Source: Pseudomonadota bacterium
GTDB taxonomy: Bacteria; Pseudomonadota; Gammaproteobacteria; Xanthomonadales; Rhodanobacteraceae
Direction of reading: 5' to 3'
DNA: 60,677 nucleotides
NCBI GenBank assembly: GCA_018240545.1
Contig: JAFEFP010000296.1
Coordinates: 1 to 60,677 of the forward strand
Under the pieces are notes generated by a model. That model worked only from the letters and a program-made list of their open reading frames with translations. It ran no database searches and was not told the origin of the DNA. Position numbers and translations under genes: made by a program. Positions 49,877 to 59,065 of the stretch are shown here, one piece after another; position 1 is the first letter of the stretch, and every line of letters begins with the position of its first letter.

Positions 49877-51724
49877 GTGGCGACGACGCAAGTCAAGGTT
49901 CCGGATATCGGCAACTACACCAATATCCCGGTGATCGAGGTGCTGGTGAAACCCGGCGACACCGTGGCCAAGGACCAGGGCCTGGTCACGCTCGAATCCG
50001 ACAAGGCGACGATGGAAGTGCCTTCCACGGTTGCCGGTGTGGTCAAGGAACTCAAGGTCAAGCTCGGCGACGAGGTTTCCGAAGGCGTGGTCGTCGCGGT
50101 CATCGACGCCGCAGGCGCAGTTGCGCAGAATTCACCTCTCCTGCTGGCGGGAGAGAAGCGGTCTACTCAATCTGCCATCCCTGGCGTTGCCTCCGATCGG
50201 CATCCTGCCTCACCCTCGATCGCTGGCGCGGTCTCGACCTCTCCCGCCAGCGGGAGAGGGGGACAAAGCGCGGCACCCGCACCGCAACCTGCCGCAGCCA
50301 CGGGTCGCAAACCTGACATCGAGTGTCAGGTTTGCGTGCTCGGCTCCGGTCCGGGCGGCTATACAGCGGCATTCCGCAGTGCCGACCTTGGCATGAACAC
50401 GGTGTTGATCGAGCGCTATGCCACGCTCGGCGGCGTGTGCCTGAACGTCGGTTGCATTCCGTCCAAGGCGCTGCTGCATGCGGCCAGGGTGATCGACGAG
50501 GCCGCGCACGCCAAAGATATCGGCATCGAATTTGGCGCGCCGAAAATCGATATCGCAAAGTTGCGCGGCTTCAAGGAAAAGGTCGTCGCTCAGTTGACTA
50601 GTGGCCTTGCAGGAATGGGCAAGCAGCGCAAGGTGACGGTGCTGCAGGGTGTCGGCAAGTTCGTCTCGCCCAACGAAATCGAAGTCGACGGCAAGGACGG
50701 CAAGAAACTCGTGCGCTTCGACAACGCCATCATTGCCGCCGGATCGCAGGCGGTGAAATTGCCGGGATTCCCCTGGGACGATCCGCGCATGCTGGATTCG
50801 ACCGATGCGCTGTTGCTCGATGCGGTGCCGAAAAAGCTGCTCGTGGTCGGTGGCGGCATCATCGGCCTGGAAATGGCCTGCGTGTACGACGCGCTTGGCA
50901 GCGAGGTCACGGTTGTTGAGCTACTGGATCAGCTTATGCCCGGCGCCGATGCCGACCTGGTCAAGCCGCTGGCGACGCGGCTGTCCAGGCGCTATGCCGG
51001 CATTCATCTGAAGGTGAAAGTCGCCAAGGTCGAGGCGACCAAGGCTGGATTGAAGGCGACGTTCGAGGGTGAGAAAGCGCCGGGACCCACGGTTTACGAT
51101 CGCGTGCTGGTTGCAGTCGGCCGCGCGCCGAACGGCAAGAAGATCGATGCGGAAAAAGCCGGCGTCGCCGTGACCGAACGCGGCTTCATCCCTGCCGACA
51201 GGCAGATGCGCACCAATGTGCCGCATATCTTCGCGATCGGCGACATCGTCGGCAATCCCATGCTCGCGCACAAGGCCACGCACGAGGGCAAGGTCGCCGC
51301 CGAGGTTTGCGCCGGGCAAAAGAGCGAATTCGTCGCGCGCGTGATTCCGTCGGTGGCCTACACCGATCCGGAAGTGGCCTGGGTCGGCCTCACCGAGGGC
51401 GAGGCGAAGAAGGCCGGCATCGCCTATGGTGTCGGCAAATTCCCGCACGCCGCATCCGGCCGCGCCATCGGCATCGCCCGCACCGAAGGTTTCACCAAGC
51501 TCATCTTCGACGAGGCCACGCACCGCCTCATCGGCGCCGGCGTCACCTGTCCGAACGCCGGGGAGCTCATTTCCGAACTCGCGCTCGCGATCGAAATGGG
51601 CTGCGAGGCCGGCGACATCGGCCTGACCGTGCATCCGCATCCGACCCTGTCCGAATCCGTCGGCATGGCCGCCGAAGTCTACGAAGGCACGATCACGGAC
51701 TTGTACATTCCGAAACGAAAGTAG
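49877..51724 (+). CDS. lpdA: Dihydrolipoamide dehydrogenase with N-terminal lipoyl domain
   Basis: LESDKATME lipoyl domain, GSGPGGY, GGVCLNVGCIPSKAL, GGGIIGLE, HPHPTLSE. Confidence 0.95.
   Translation: MATTQVKVPDIGNYTNIPVIEVLVKPGDTVAKDQGLVTLESDKATMEVPSTVAGVVKELKVKLGDEVSEGVVVAVIDAAGAVAQNSPLLLAGEKRSTQSAIPGVASDRHPASPSIAGAVSTSPASGRGGQSAAPAPQPAAATGRKPDIECQVCVLGSGPGGYTAAFRSADLGMNTVLIERYATLGGVCLNVGCIPSKALLHAARVIDEAAHAKDIGIEFGAPKIDIAKLRGFKEKVVAQLTSGLAGMGKQRKVTVLQGVGKFVSPNEIEVDGKDGKKLVRFDNAIIAAGSQAVKLPGFPWDDPRMLDSTDALLLDAVPKKLLVVGGGIIGLEMACVYDALGSEVTVVELLDQLMPGADADLVKPLATRLSRRYAGIHLKVKVAKVEATKAGLKATFEGEKAPGPTVYDRVLVAVGRAPNGKKIDAEKAGVAVTERGFIPADRQMRTNVPHIFAIGDIVGNPMLAHKATHEGKVAAEVCAGQKSEFVARVIPSVAYTDPEVAWVGLTEGEAKKAGIAYGVGKFPHAASGRAIGIARTEGFTKLIFDEATHRLIGAGVTCPNAGELISELALAIEMGCEAGDIGLTVHPHPTLSESVGMAAEVYEGTITDLYIPKRK
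50135..50262. repeat. Palindromic repeat, family B, inserted in-frame in the lpdA linker
   Basis: CCTCTCCTGCTGGCGGGAGAG ... CCTCACCC ... CCTCTCCCGCCAGCGGGAGAGGGGG; the right hairpin is identical to that at ~14763-14787. Confidence 0.85.
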
Positions 51725-54700
51725 TGCGCATAACTTCTTTCCTGTTGCTGGTTGCCTTGGTCTGGCCGATCGCGTTGCAGGCGGGACCGGCGCCCGCGGC
51801 GGCTTCCGGCAGCCCGGCCGGCGACATCCGCTTTCGTCCCTTCGACAGCGACCGGCCATTCCAGGCAGAAATCATCACCGAGATCATGTTCGACCGCGTC
51901 GGATTCCTGTGGATCGGTACGCGCGAGGGCCTGTTCCTCTACGACGGCCAGCGTTTCCGCAAGTTCCAGCACGAGGTGCAGAATCCGGCTTCGATTTCCA
52001 GCAATGGCATCCGCGGCATTTTCGAGGACAGTCGCGGCAGGCTTTGGGTCAACACCATCAGCGGCGGACTCAACCTGCTCGACCGCTCCACCTGGCGCTT
52101 CCGCAGTTGGCGCCACGCGCGCAACGATCCCGCCAGCATCGTGCACGATGGCGTATTCGCCCTGGCCGAAGCGCCGGGTGGAAAACTGTGGGTCGGTACG
52201 CAGGCGGGGCTGGACCTGTTCGACCCGGACACGGGCAGGTTCACGCGGCAGGTTCTGGCCACCGGCGGCGAATTCGTCATCGCCCTGCTCAACGATCGCG
52301 AGGGCCGGCTGTGGGCCGCCACCCTGGGTCAGGGCCTGTTCCGCCAGCGCGTCGACAAGACGGGATTTGAGCTGGTGCGCGACACCACCAAGACAACGCC
52401 ACCGGACATCTTCAGCCTGGCGCAGACGGCCGACGGAACCGTCTGGATCGGCACGCGCGATGGACTGTTCCGTTTTGATGCGCAGGCGGACCGGATCGCG
52501 CCGTCGGCATTGGCGCCGAGACCGGTTCTGGACAAACTCAAGAGCGTCACCGCACTGGTGCCGGCCGCGGATGGCGGGTTGTGGATCGGTACCTTCGGCA
52601 ATGGCCTGTATCGGTTGGGCCCGCAAGCGGACGCTCTGGTCCCGGTGCCGCTCGGAACCGAAGGCTCGGGCGCGCAGAGCATCGATTCGGGTGCATTGGC
52701 GCTGGATCGCGACGGGGTCCTGTTCGTCGGCACGTTTGGCGCAGGGCTGTTGCGCGCAAGTCCGCGCATTGCCGGCCTGCAGACCTGGGGCGAGCGCGTC
52801 GACGATCATCCCGGCCTGGTCAACCCGGATGTCTACGCATTGCAGGTCGTGCCCGCGCAGGAGCCGGGCAAGGATGCGCTGCTGGCAGGTTCCTTCGGCG
52901 GTGGAATCGATGAACTGGTGCCGGCGCAAGGCGCGATCGCGCACCGAGAGCTGCCGACGAGCGATGCCCTCAGGCAACGCCTCAACGGCATCACCGACCT
53001 GATGCGCACGCGTGCCGGCGAGATCTGGGCGGCCACGAACGAGGGCGTGTACCGCTGGCATCCGGGTAGCGGCACATTTCATTACTATCCGCCCGACGCG
53101 ACCGACAGCACGAGTACCCATCCGGGCTACAGTTTCGCCCTGCTGCAGGATCGCGAAGGCCGGATCTGGGTCGGCAGCGCCGGTGGCGGCCTGTACCTGT
53201 ATCAACCGGACAAGGATGCGTTCCGCAATTTCCGTCCGCAGAGCGGTGTTCCGAACTCCCTGCCGGACGATTTCGTCACGGACATGCTGGAGGATCGCCG
53301 CGGCCGCCTGTGGGTCGCCACGCGTTCCGGCGGTATCGGCATTTGCCGCTTCGACGCAGCACTCGAGTGCCGCCATGTTTCCGCCGGCAACGGTCCGCGC
53401 CAGATCAGCCACGATCAGGTCACGTCCCTGCTCGATGCTCCCGATGACGCCATCTGGGCGGGCACCGCGGGCGGTGGCCTGAACCGGTTGAATCTCGATG
53501 CGGCGGGCAATGTGGCGAGCGTGCAGCGCTGGATGCGCGACGAAGGCCTCGACGACGAAAACGTCATGGCGATGGTTTACGCACCCGACGGCGCGCTGTG
53601 GTTTTCCACGCATGGCGGCCTGTCCCGGCTCGATCCGCGCAGCGGCCGGGTGGCCAACCTGACGCCGGCCGACGGATTGCCGACGGCAGTGTTCAATCCA
53701 AAGGCCGCGGTACTGCATGACGACCGCCTGTATTTCGGCTCGGCCAAAGGCGTGGTGGCGATCGATCCGCGCATGGCGTGGCACTCGGGTTCGCCGCCGC
53801 CGACGGTGATCGAATCCATTTTGGGGTTGGATGCCGCGCAGCTGCCGAACCAGCCGGCCTGGCAACTCACGACCCTGACGGTGCCGTGGCGCACGCCTTT
53901 TTCGCTCGAGTTCGCGGTGCTCGATTTCAGCAGCGGATTGCCGCGTTTCCAGTACCGTTTGGGCAAGACGGACGCGTGGACGGACCTGGGCGACGTCGGA
54001 CAGCTGACGCTGCATGCGCTGGCCCCCGGTACGTATCAGCTTGAGGTGCGCGGACGTCGCAGCGGTCATGGCTGGACGCTGGCGCGCGCGTTGAATCTGG
54101 AGATCGTGCCGCCGTGGTGGCGCCGCGCCGCGACGCAGGCCGCGGCAGCGTCGCTGCTGCTGCTGGTCCTGTTCGGCGGCTTTTATTGGCGCGTGCGCGA
54201 ATTGCAGGCGCGCAACCGCGAACTGCAACGCCTGCACGGCTTGCGTGAGCGGGCATTGGCCGAGGCGCATACGAGTCAGGAGCGCTTGCAGGAAGCATTC
54301 GAGATGTTGCGGCGCACGACCATGCGCCTGGAAGCGGCGAAGGAAAACGAACGCAAGCATCTGGCGCGCGAGCTGCACGACGAATTCGGTCAGGCGCTGA
54401 CCACGGCCAAGATCAACCTCGGTCTGGCGCTGGGACGCGTAGCCTCGGAAGACGGCAAGGCCCGCGTCGCCGACACGATCGGATTGATCGACGGACTGAT
54501 CGGCCAGGTGCGCGCGCTGTCGCTGGACCTGCGCCCGCCACTGCTGGACGAGATGGGACTGGTACCGGCGCTGGAAGGCTATCTGCACGCGATCTCCGCA
54601 CGCAGTGGCCTGGCCATCCGGTCGCGGCTCGACGCCGATCTCGCGCTGGCCGCGGTCGATCGCGAAATCGCGGTTTTTCGCATCGTGCAGGAAGCGGTGA

Positions 54701-54963
54701 CCAACGCCCTGCGGCATGCCGGTGCCAGCGCGCTGGAAGTGATATTGGTCGCCGAGCGCGGCGGCGTCGCCATCCGCGTGCGCGACGACGGCAACGGTTT
54801 CGATGCCGCAGCGATGCTGGCCGAGGGTGGGCCGGGACTGGGACTGTTCGGCATGCGCGAGCGCGTCCACGACCTGGGCGGCGATTGGTCGGTGGAATCC
54901 AGCCCCGAAACGGGTACGCTGGTAAAAGCCTTTGTCCCCGCGTTTGCCGCTGTCGATGCCTGA
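51724..54963 (+). CDS. Sensor histidine kinase with periplasmic beta-propeller (Reg_prop/Y_Y_Y) and HisKA_3 + HATPase
   Basis: Signal peptide; many D..G.LWIGT..GL repeats; LAPGTYQLEV..IVPPWW; TM; ERKHLARELHDEFGQ; VFRIVQEAVTNALRH; DDGNGF; GLFGMRER. Confidence 0.92.
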   Translation: MRITSFLLLVALVWPIALQAGPAPAAASGSPAGDIRFRPFDSDRPFQAEIITEIMFDRVGFLWIGTREGLFLYDGQRFRKFQHEVQNPASISSNGIRGIFEDSRGRLWVNTISGGLNLLDRSTWRFRSWRHARNDPASIVHDGVFALAEAPGGKLWVGTQAGLDLFDPDTGRFTRQVLATGGEFVIALLNDREGRLWAATLGQGLFRQRVDKTGFELVRDTTKTTPPDIFSLAQTADGTVWIGTRDGLFRFDAQADRIAPSALAPRPVLDKLKSVTALVPAADGGLWIGTFGNGLYRLGPQADALVPVPLGTEGSGAQSIDSGALALDRDGVLFVGTFGAGLLRASPRIAGLQTWGERVDDHPGLVNPDVYALQVVPAQEPGKDALLAGSFGGGIDELVPAQGAIAHRELPTSDALRQRLNGITDLMRTRAGEIWAATNEGVYRWHPGSGTFHYYPPDATDSTSTHPGYSFALLQDREGRIWVGSAGGGLYLYQPDKDAFRNFRPQSGVPNSLPDDFVTDMLEDRRGRLWVATRSGGIGICRFDAALECRHVSAGNGPRQISHDQVTSLLDAPDDAIWAGTAGGGLNRLNLDAAGNVASVQRWMRDEGLDDENVMAMVYAPDGALWFSTHGGLSRLDPRSGRVANLTPADGLPTAVFNPKAAVLHDDRLYFGSAKGVVAIDPRMAWHSGSPPPTVIESILGLDAAQLPNQPAWQLTTLTVPWRTPFSLEFAVLDFSSGLPRFQYRLGKTDAWTDLGDVGQLTLHALAPGTYQLEVRGRRSGHGWTLARALNLEIVPPWWRRAATQAAAASLLLLVLFGGFYWRVRELQARNRELQRLHGLRERALAEAHTSQERLQEAFEMLRRTTMRLEAAKENERKHLARELHDEFGQALTTAKINLGLALGRVASEDGKARVADTIGLIDGLIGQVRALSLDLRPPLLDEMGLVPALEGYLHAISARSGLAIRSRLDADLALAAVDREIAVFRIVQEAVTNALRHAGASALEVILVAERGGVAIRVRDDGNGFDAAAMLAEGGPGLGLFGMRERVHDLGGDWSVESSPETGTLVKAFVPAFAAVDA

Positions 54964-55630
54964 AACCAAGACGATACGAGTGATCCTGGCCGACGACCAT
55001 CAGCTGGTACGTGCGGGTTTGCGCAGCTTGTTGCAGTCGATCGACAACGTGCAGGTCCTGGCCGAATGCAGCAACGGCCACGAAACACTGGAACGCGTCG
55101 AGGCCCTGCGTCCGGACGTACTCCTGCTCGACATCACCATGCCGGGCCTGAATGGCCTGGAGGTTGCGCGACGCGTGCCCAAACTCAGCCCGGCGACACA
55201 GGTGCTGGTGCTGTCGATGCATGCCGGACCGGAGTACGTCGCACAGGCCCTGCGCGCCGGCGTCGCCGGCTATCTGATCAAGGATTCCGCGGTCGAGGAA
55301 TTGCGCGTCGCCCTGGATGCGCTGGCGGCGGGCCGACCGTACTTGAGTCCGGCGATATCGCAGACGGTGCTGCGCGGGTACTTGCGTACCGGCAAGGCAC
55401 CCGCCGACGCCGGCGCCGAGCTGGGCAAGCTGACCGCGCGCCAGCGCGAGATCCTGCAACTGCTCGCCGAAGGCCATGGCACGCGCGACATTGCGGAGCG
55501 CTTGCAGTTGAGCGCCAAGACGGTGGAGAGCCATCGCAGCCAGCTGATGGACCGGCTGCACATCCACGATGTGCCAGGTCTGGTCCGCTTCGCCATCCGC
55601 GTGGGTCTGGTGTCGGCGGATTTGAGCTGA
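54956..55630 (+). CDS. NarL/LuxR-family response regulator
   Basis: LADDHQLVRAG, LLDITMP, LSMH, GYLIK, LTARQREILQLLAEG..SAKTVESHR. Confidence 0.94.
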   Translation: MPETKTIRVILADDHQLVRAGLRSLLQSIDNVQVLAECSNGHETLERVEALRPDVLLLDITMPGLNGLEVARRVPKLSPATQVLVLSMHAGPEYVAQALRAGVAGYLIKDSAVEELRVALDALAAGRPYLSPAISQTVLRGYLRTGKAPADAGAELGKLTARQREILQLLAEGHGTRDIAERLQLSAKTVESHRSQLMDRLHIHDVPGLVRFAIRVGLVSADLS

Positions 55631-55721
55631 AGGACGCGCCCCGGAATTTCGTCGCCCGACGGTACCAGCGCCGGACGCAGCGGCGTTCCGCGCATCGAAC
55701 ACCATCCCGAGTGCATTCGGT

Positions 55722-55789
55722 CTAGGGGAATTCCCTAGTCCGTTCTGCGGAGATTCCCAATTGCCGGAATTTCCCGTGCGACGTAGTTT
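55722..55789 (+). promoter_or_regulatory. Candidate regulator site(s) and promoter for 55849-59003
   Basis: Near-palindrome CTAGGGGAATTCCCTAG (55722-38), degenerate copy TGCGGAGATTCCCAAT (55746-61), then TTGCCG-N17-TAGTTT (55761-89). Confidence 0.6.
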
Positions 55790-55848
55790 GCGCGAGTCAA
55801 CCGCGTTCGCGGTGACATCGTCGCATCCAACCGCGTGGGGATCCTTTC

Positions 55849-56484
55849 ATGACACTGTCGAAATTGTGCAAACGGCTGCTTGCATCAGCCGCCGTGGCGT
55901 TGGCGTTGGCGGTCGCGACCGTCCATGACGCACGCGCCAGCGTCGAGAAACAGAACATCGTCCAGCTCATCGCGAGCTCGCAGAGCATCGTCGCCGGCAC
56001 GGTGAGCAAAGTCGCCGATGGCATCGACGCCAACGGCCTGCCGTACACCGAGGTGACCATTGAAGTCGGCATCAGTCCCAAGGGCAAGATCGGTCAGGGT
56101 GCTTACACGTTTCGCCAGTTCGGACTGCTCAAACCGCGCACCCTGCCGAATGGGCAGCGCATGTTGATGGTGACGCCGGCGGAATTCCCGCAATGGCACG
56201 AGAACGAGTACGTGGTGGCGTTCCTGTATCACCCGGCAGTCAAGACCGGACTGCAGACGACGGCTGGCCTCGCCCAGGGCAAGTTGGTGCTGGTGAACAA
56301 CAAACTGGCCAACCAGTTTGACAATGCGGGGTTGTTCGACAACGTGAAAGTGACGGCGGGCGCGCTGCCCGCGGCCGAGCAGAAACTGTTCGACTCGCGC
56401 GGCCCGGTCAAGGCCGAGACGCTGCTGAGCCTGATCAAGCATATCGTCCAGGGGCAACTGATCGAGAAGGGGAAAATCAAATGA
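55849..56484 (+). CDS. Secreted hypothetical protein (possible TIMP/OB-like fold)
   Basis: Signal peptide; L..S..IVAGTV..V...YTEVTIEV...KG...FRQFG...E.VVAFL...GLAQG pattern; ATGA overlap with the next gene. Confidence 0.75.
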   Translation: MTLSKLCKRLLASAAVALALAVATVHDARASVEKQNIVQLIASSQSIVAGTVSKVADGIDANGLPYTEVTIEVGISPKGKIGQGAYTFRQFGLLKPRTLPNGQRMLMVTPAEFPQWHENEYVVAFLYHPAVKTGLQTTAGLAQGKLVLVNNKLANQFDNAGLFDNVKVTAGALPAAEQKLFDSRGPVKAETLLSLIKHIVQGQLIEKGKIK

Positions 56485-59003
56485 TCAGGAAGCCAATTAT
56501 CCCCTTGCTGATTGGTCTGGCGCTCGCCGCTGCGTCTGCGCAGGCCGCCGGCCCGCTGATCATCAGCGATGAAACCGGGACCCTGAAGCCGATAGTGTGG
56601 GACACGGGCAACGGGCCGATCCCGGTCTACACCGATGGTGGTGCGGCATTCACATTCAACGTCGACGGCGTTACCCCGTTCATCACCATCGAACGCGCCG
56701 ATGCGATCACCGCCAATGCGTTCCAACAGTGGAGCCAGGTGCCGACCTCGACGTTCCAGGCCACCATTCAGGGCACGATTGAATCGCAGACCGGCGTCGC
56801 CGACGTGACCGCCGCCAATGTTGCCGATTACATCGGTGTCCAAAACGGTCCGGGATTCTGGATCATCTACGACACCGACGGCAGCATCATGGAGGACTTC
56901 TTCGGCGTCAGCAAATATTCCGTGCTCGGCATCTCCTCGCCGGAATTCGGCGATGGCAACGGCCATATCACCGAATCGTGGACGGTGCTCAACGGCTATG
57001 CCGTGGGCATCAGTGACAACGGCGGCGACGGGTCGGATGATCCGGACGTGATCTTGCGCAATGGATTCGAGGAAAACCGCCGCGGTTCGGAGTTCGCCGG
57101 CGTGTTCACGCACGAAATCGGACATGCCATCAACCTGTCGCATTCGCAGGTGAATGGCCCGATGGCCTATCAAAGTTATACTTTTTATCCGTTGTACCCG
57201 GGCGTGCCCGGCTGCGTGAGTCCGCTTTTCAGCTACAAAGACTATTCCGCGGATCCTTCGCAGATGCTCGATCCGGCGGCGATCGAGACCATGTTCCCGT
57301 TCATCGATCCGTACGGCAAGGGCGGCGAAGAGCAGGCCAGCGTCAATGTGTCGGACGACATCACCGGCATTTCCAACCTGTATCCCACGGCCGCGTATCT
57401 GGCGAACACCGGCACCATCAATGGCGTCTTGCACCTGAAGGACGGCGTCACGCCGTACAGCGGCATCAACGTGATCGCACGCAACCTTGCCAATCCGCTG
57501 TTCGACGCCGTGTCGGACATGACCGGCAGCGCGACCCAGGGCCTGGTCGGACCCGATGGCCACTTCAGCATTCGCGGCCTCACGCCCGGGGCGCAATATG
57601 AGGTCTACATCGAATCGATCACCGCCGGCGGCTATCCGACCACGCAACAGATGATGGTGTCCGAGGGCGAGTACTGGAACACGGGCGAAAGTGCCGATCC
57701 GGTTTCCGATTTTGCGTGCAGGGTCACGCCGATCACGGCAGTCGCCGCCGCTCCGGCGGAAGCCGACATTACCTTCAACGGTTACAGCGATGGCGTGCAA
57801 CTCACGCCGCTGGTCAATGCCTACATGACCTCGTTGTCTTACGATGGCGCCGAGGCGGGCGGGTCGGCGGCCATGGGCACCCGGGCCGTCTACTGGGACA
57901 AGAACACCGGCGTGCAGTTGCTGCCGGTGTGGCTGGGAACCTTCAATGGCAATATCGACGGACCCGGCGCGCACATGGCGGTGCAGGTCGATCCGGATGG
58001 CAACGGCATCAAGGAACCGGCGATCTGGTCCCTGGACGGACATCTCGACTATCTGGGCGATTTGAACCACAACACCTGCGGCGGCGACAGCCAGAGCGGC
58101 TCGGACAGCGCCGTGACCTTCGGCATGGACAAGTCGGCGCACAAGCTCGTGGGACTGGCGTATCGGGACAACGACCACAACGGTACTTGCCAGGGACCGG
58201 GCGACGTCGTGCCCTTCATCTGGGACAAGACCGGCGGCATGCGCACGCTGGACTACGATCCTGCCCAGTACTGGACGCGCGCGAATGCGGTTTCCGGCAA
58301 TGGTCGCGTGGTCGTGGGAACGTCCAACTTCCAGCAAGCCTGGGCATGGGTCGACGAGGGTTCGCGCATCGACCTCACCGCCGCTACCGGCGCGATGGAC
58401 GTCAATGGCGTCAACTACGACGGCAGCATCGTGGCCATGAACAGCATGGATCTGAACACCTACCGCAACACCGGCGTGATGCAGTGGGACGCGCGCACCG
58501 GCAGCATCGACCCGAGCCTGTTCACGAATGTCGACAGCCTGCGCTTTTGCGTCGACATGCCGTACTACGACTTCTTCGGCGACAATCTGTGCGCGACCAT
58601 GACGCCGCAGGACGTCTATGACCAGGTGGGAGCGGTACCGGTCAACGTGTTCGGCATCAACGACGCGGGTACGGTGATGGTGGGCCGCGCCGGCGATTTC
58701 TTCACCGGCACTGCGGGCGCGATCTGGATCAAGGACATCGGCTGGATGGTGATTACCGATTTCCTGCACAAGCAGGGCGTGGTCGAGGCGACAAACTTCC
58801 AGATCGACAGCCCGTTCGCCATCAGTGGCATCGGCGATACCATCATCGGTGGAATCGCAGGCCTGGAGTTCTCCTGGCTGATCGACCTGCACCAGGTCTA
58901 CGTTTGCGAGAACGGCGCTTCCGTGCCGACGACGTTCCCGAACGGCCTGCGTACCGAGATCGCCAACGGCGCCCAGTTCGGTCGCTGCGATTTCATCAAC
59001 TAG
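56481..59003 (+). CDS. Secreted multidomain metzincin (matrixin-like) zinc protease with C-terminal propeller-like repeats
   Basis: Signal peptide; AFQQWSQV; THEIGHAINLSH; Met-turn ETMFP..DDI; G.F.IRGLTPGA.Y.V beta-sandwich; repeats such as ANAVSGNGRVVVG, GVNYDGSIV, GINDAGTVMVG. Confidence 0.82.
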   Translation: MIRKPIIPLLIGLALAAASAQAAGPLIISDETGTLKPIVWDTGNGPIPVYTDGGAAFTFNVDGVTPFITIERADAITANAFQQWSQVPTSTFQATIQGTIESQTGVADVTAANVADYIGVQNGPGFWIIYDTDGSIMEDFFGVSKYSVLGISSPEFGDGNGHITESWTVLNGYAVGISDNGGDGSDDPDVILRNGFEENRRGSEFAGVFTHEIGHAINLSHSQVNGPMAYQSYTFYPLYPGVPGCVSPLFSYKDYSADPSQMLDPAAIETMFPFIDPYGKGGEEQASVNVSDDITGISNLYPTAAYLANTGTINGVLHLKDGVTPYSGINVIARNLANPLFDAVSDMTGSATQGLVGPDGHFSIRGLTPGAQYEVYIESITAGGYPTTQQMMVSEGEYWNTGESADPVSDFACRVTPITAVAAAPAEADITFNGYSDGVQLTPLVNAYMTSLSYDGAEAGGSAAMGTRAVYWDKNTGVQLLPVWLGTFNGNIDGPGAHMAVQVDPDGNGIKEPAIWSLDGHLDYLGDLNHNTCGGDSQSGSDSAVTFGMDKSAHKLVGLAYRDNDHNGTCQGPGDVVPFIWDKTGGMRTLDYDPAQYWTRANAVSGNGRVVVGTSNFQQAWAWVDEGSRIDLTAATGAMDVNGVNYDGSIVAMNSMDLNTYRNTGVMQWDARTGSIDPSLFTNVDSLRFCVDMPYYDFFGDNLCATMTPQDVYDQVGAVPVNVFGINDAGTVMVGRAGDFFTGTAGAIWIKDIGWMVITDFLHKQGVVEATNFQIDSPFAISGIGDTIIGGIAGLEFSWLIDLHQVYVCENGASVPTTFPNGLRTEIANGAQFGRCDFIN

Positions 59004-59031
59004 CGGCGCGTCGGAGCCGCAAGGACGATTC

Positions 59032-59062
59032 GGAGGCGGGGGAAACCCCGCCTCCTTTTTTT
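59032..59062 (+). terminator. Intrinsic terminator
   Basis: GGAGGCGGGG-GAAA-CCCCGCCTCC followed by T7. Confidence 0.9.
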
Positions 59063-59065
59063 CGC

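Noticed and set aside
47919-50106. ~210-bp direct similarity between the 5' ends of aceF and lpdA
   Set aside because: Homologous lipoyl domains; an E3 with its own lipoyl domain is a known arrangement.
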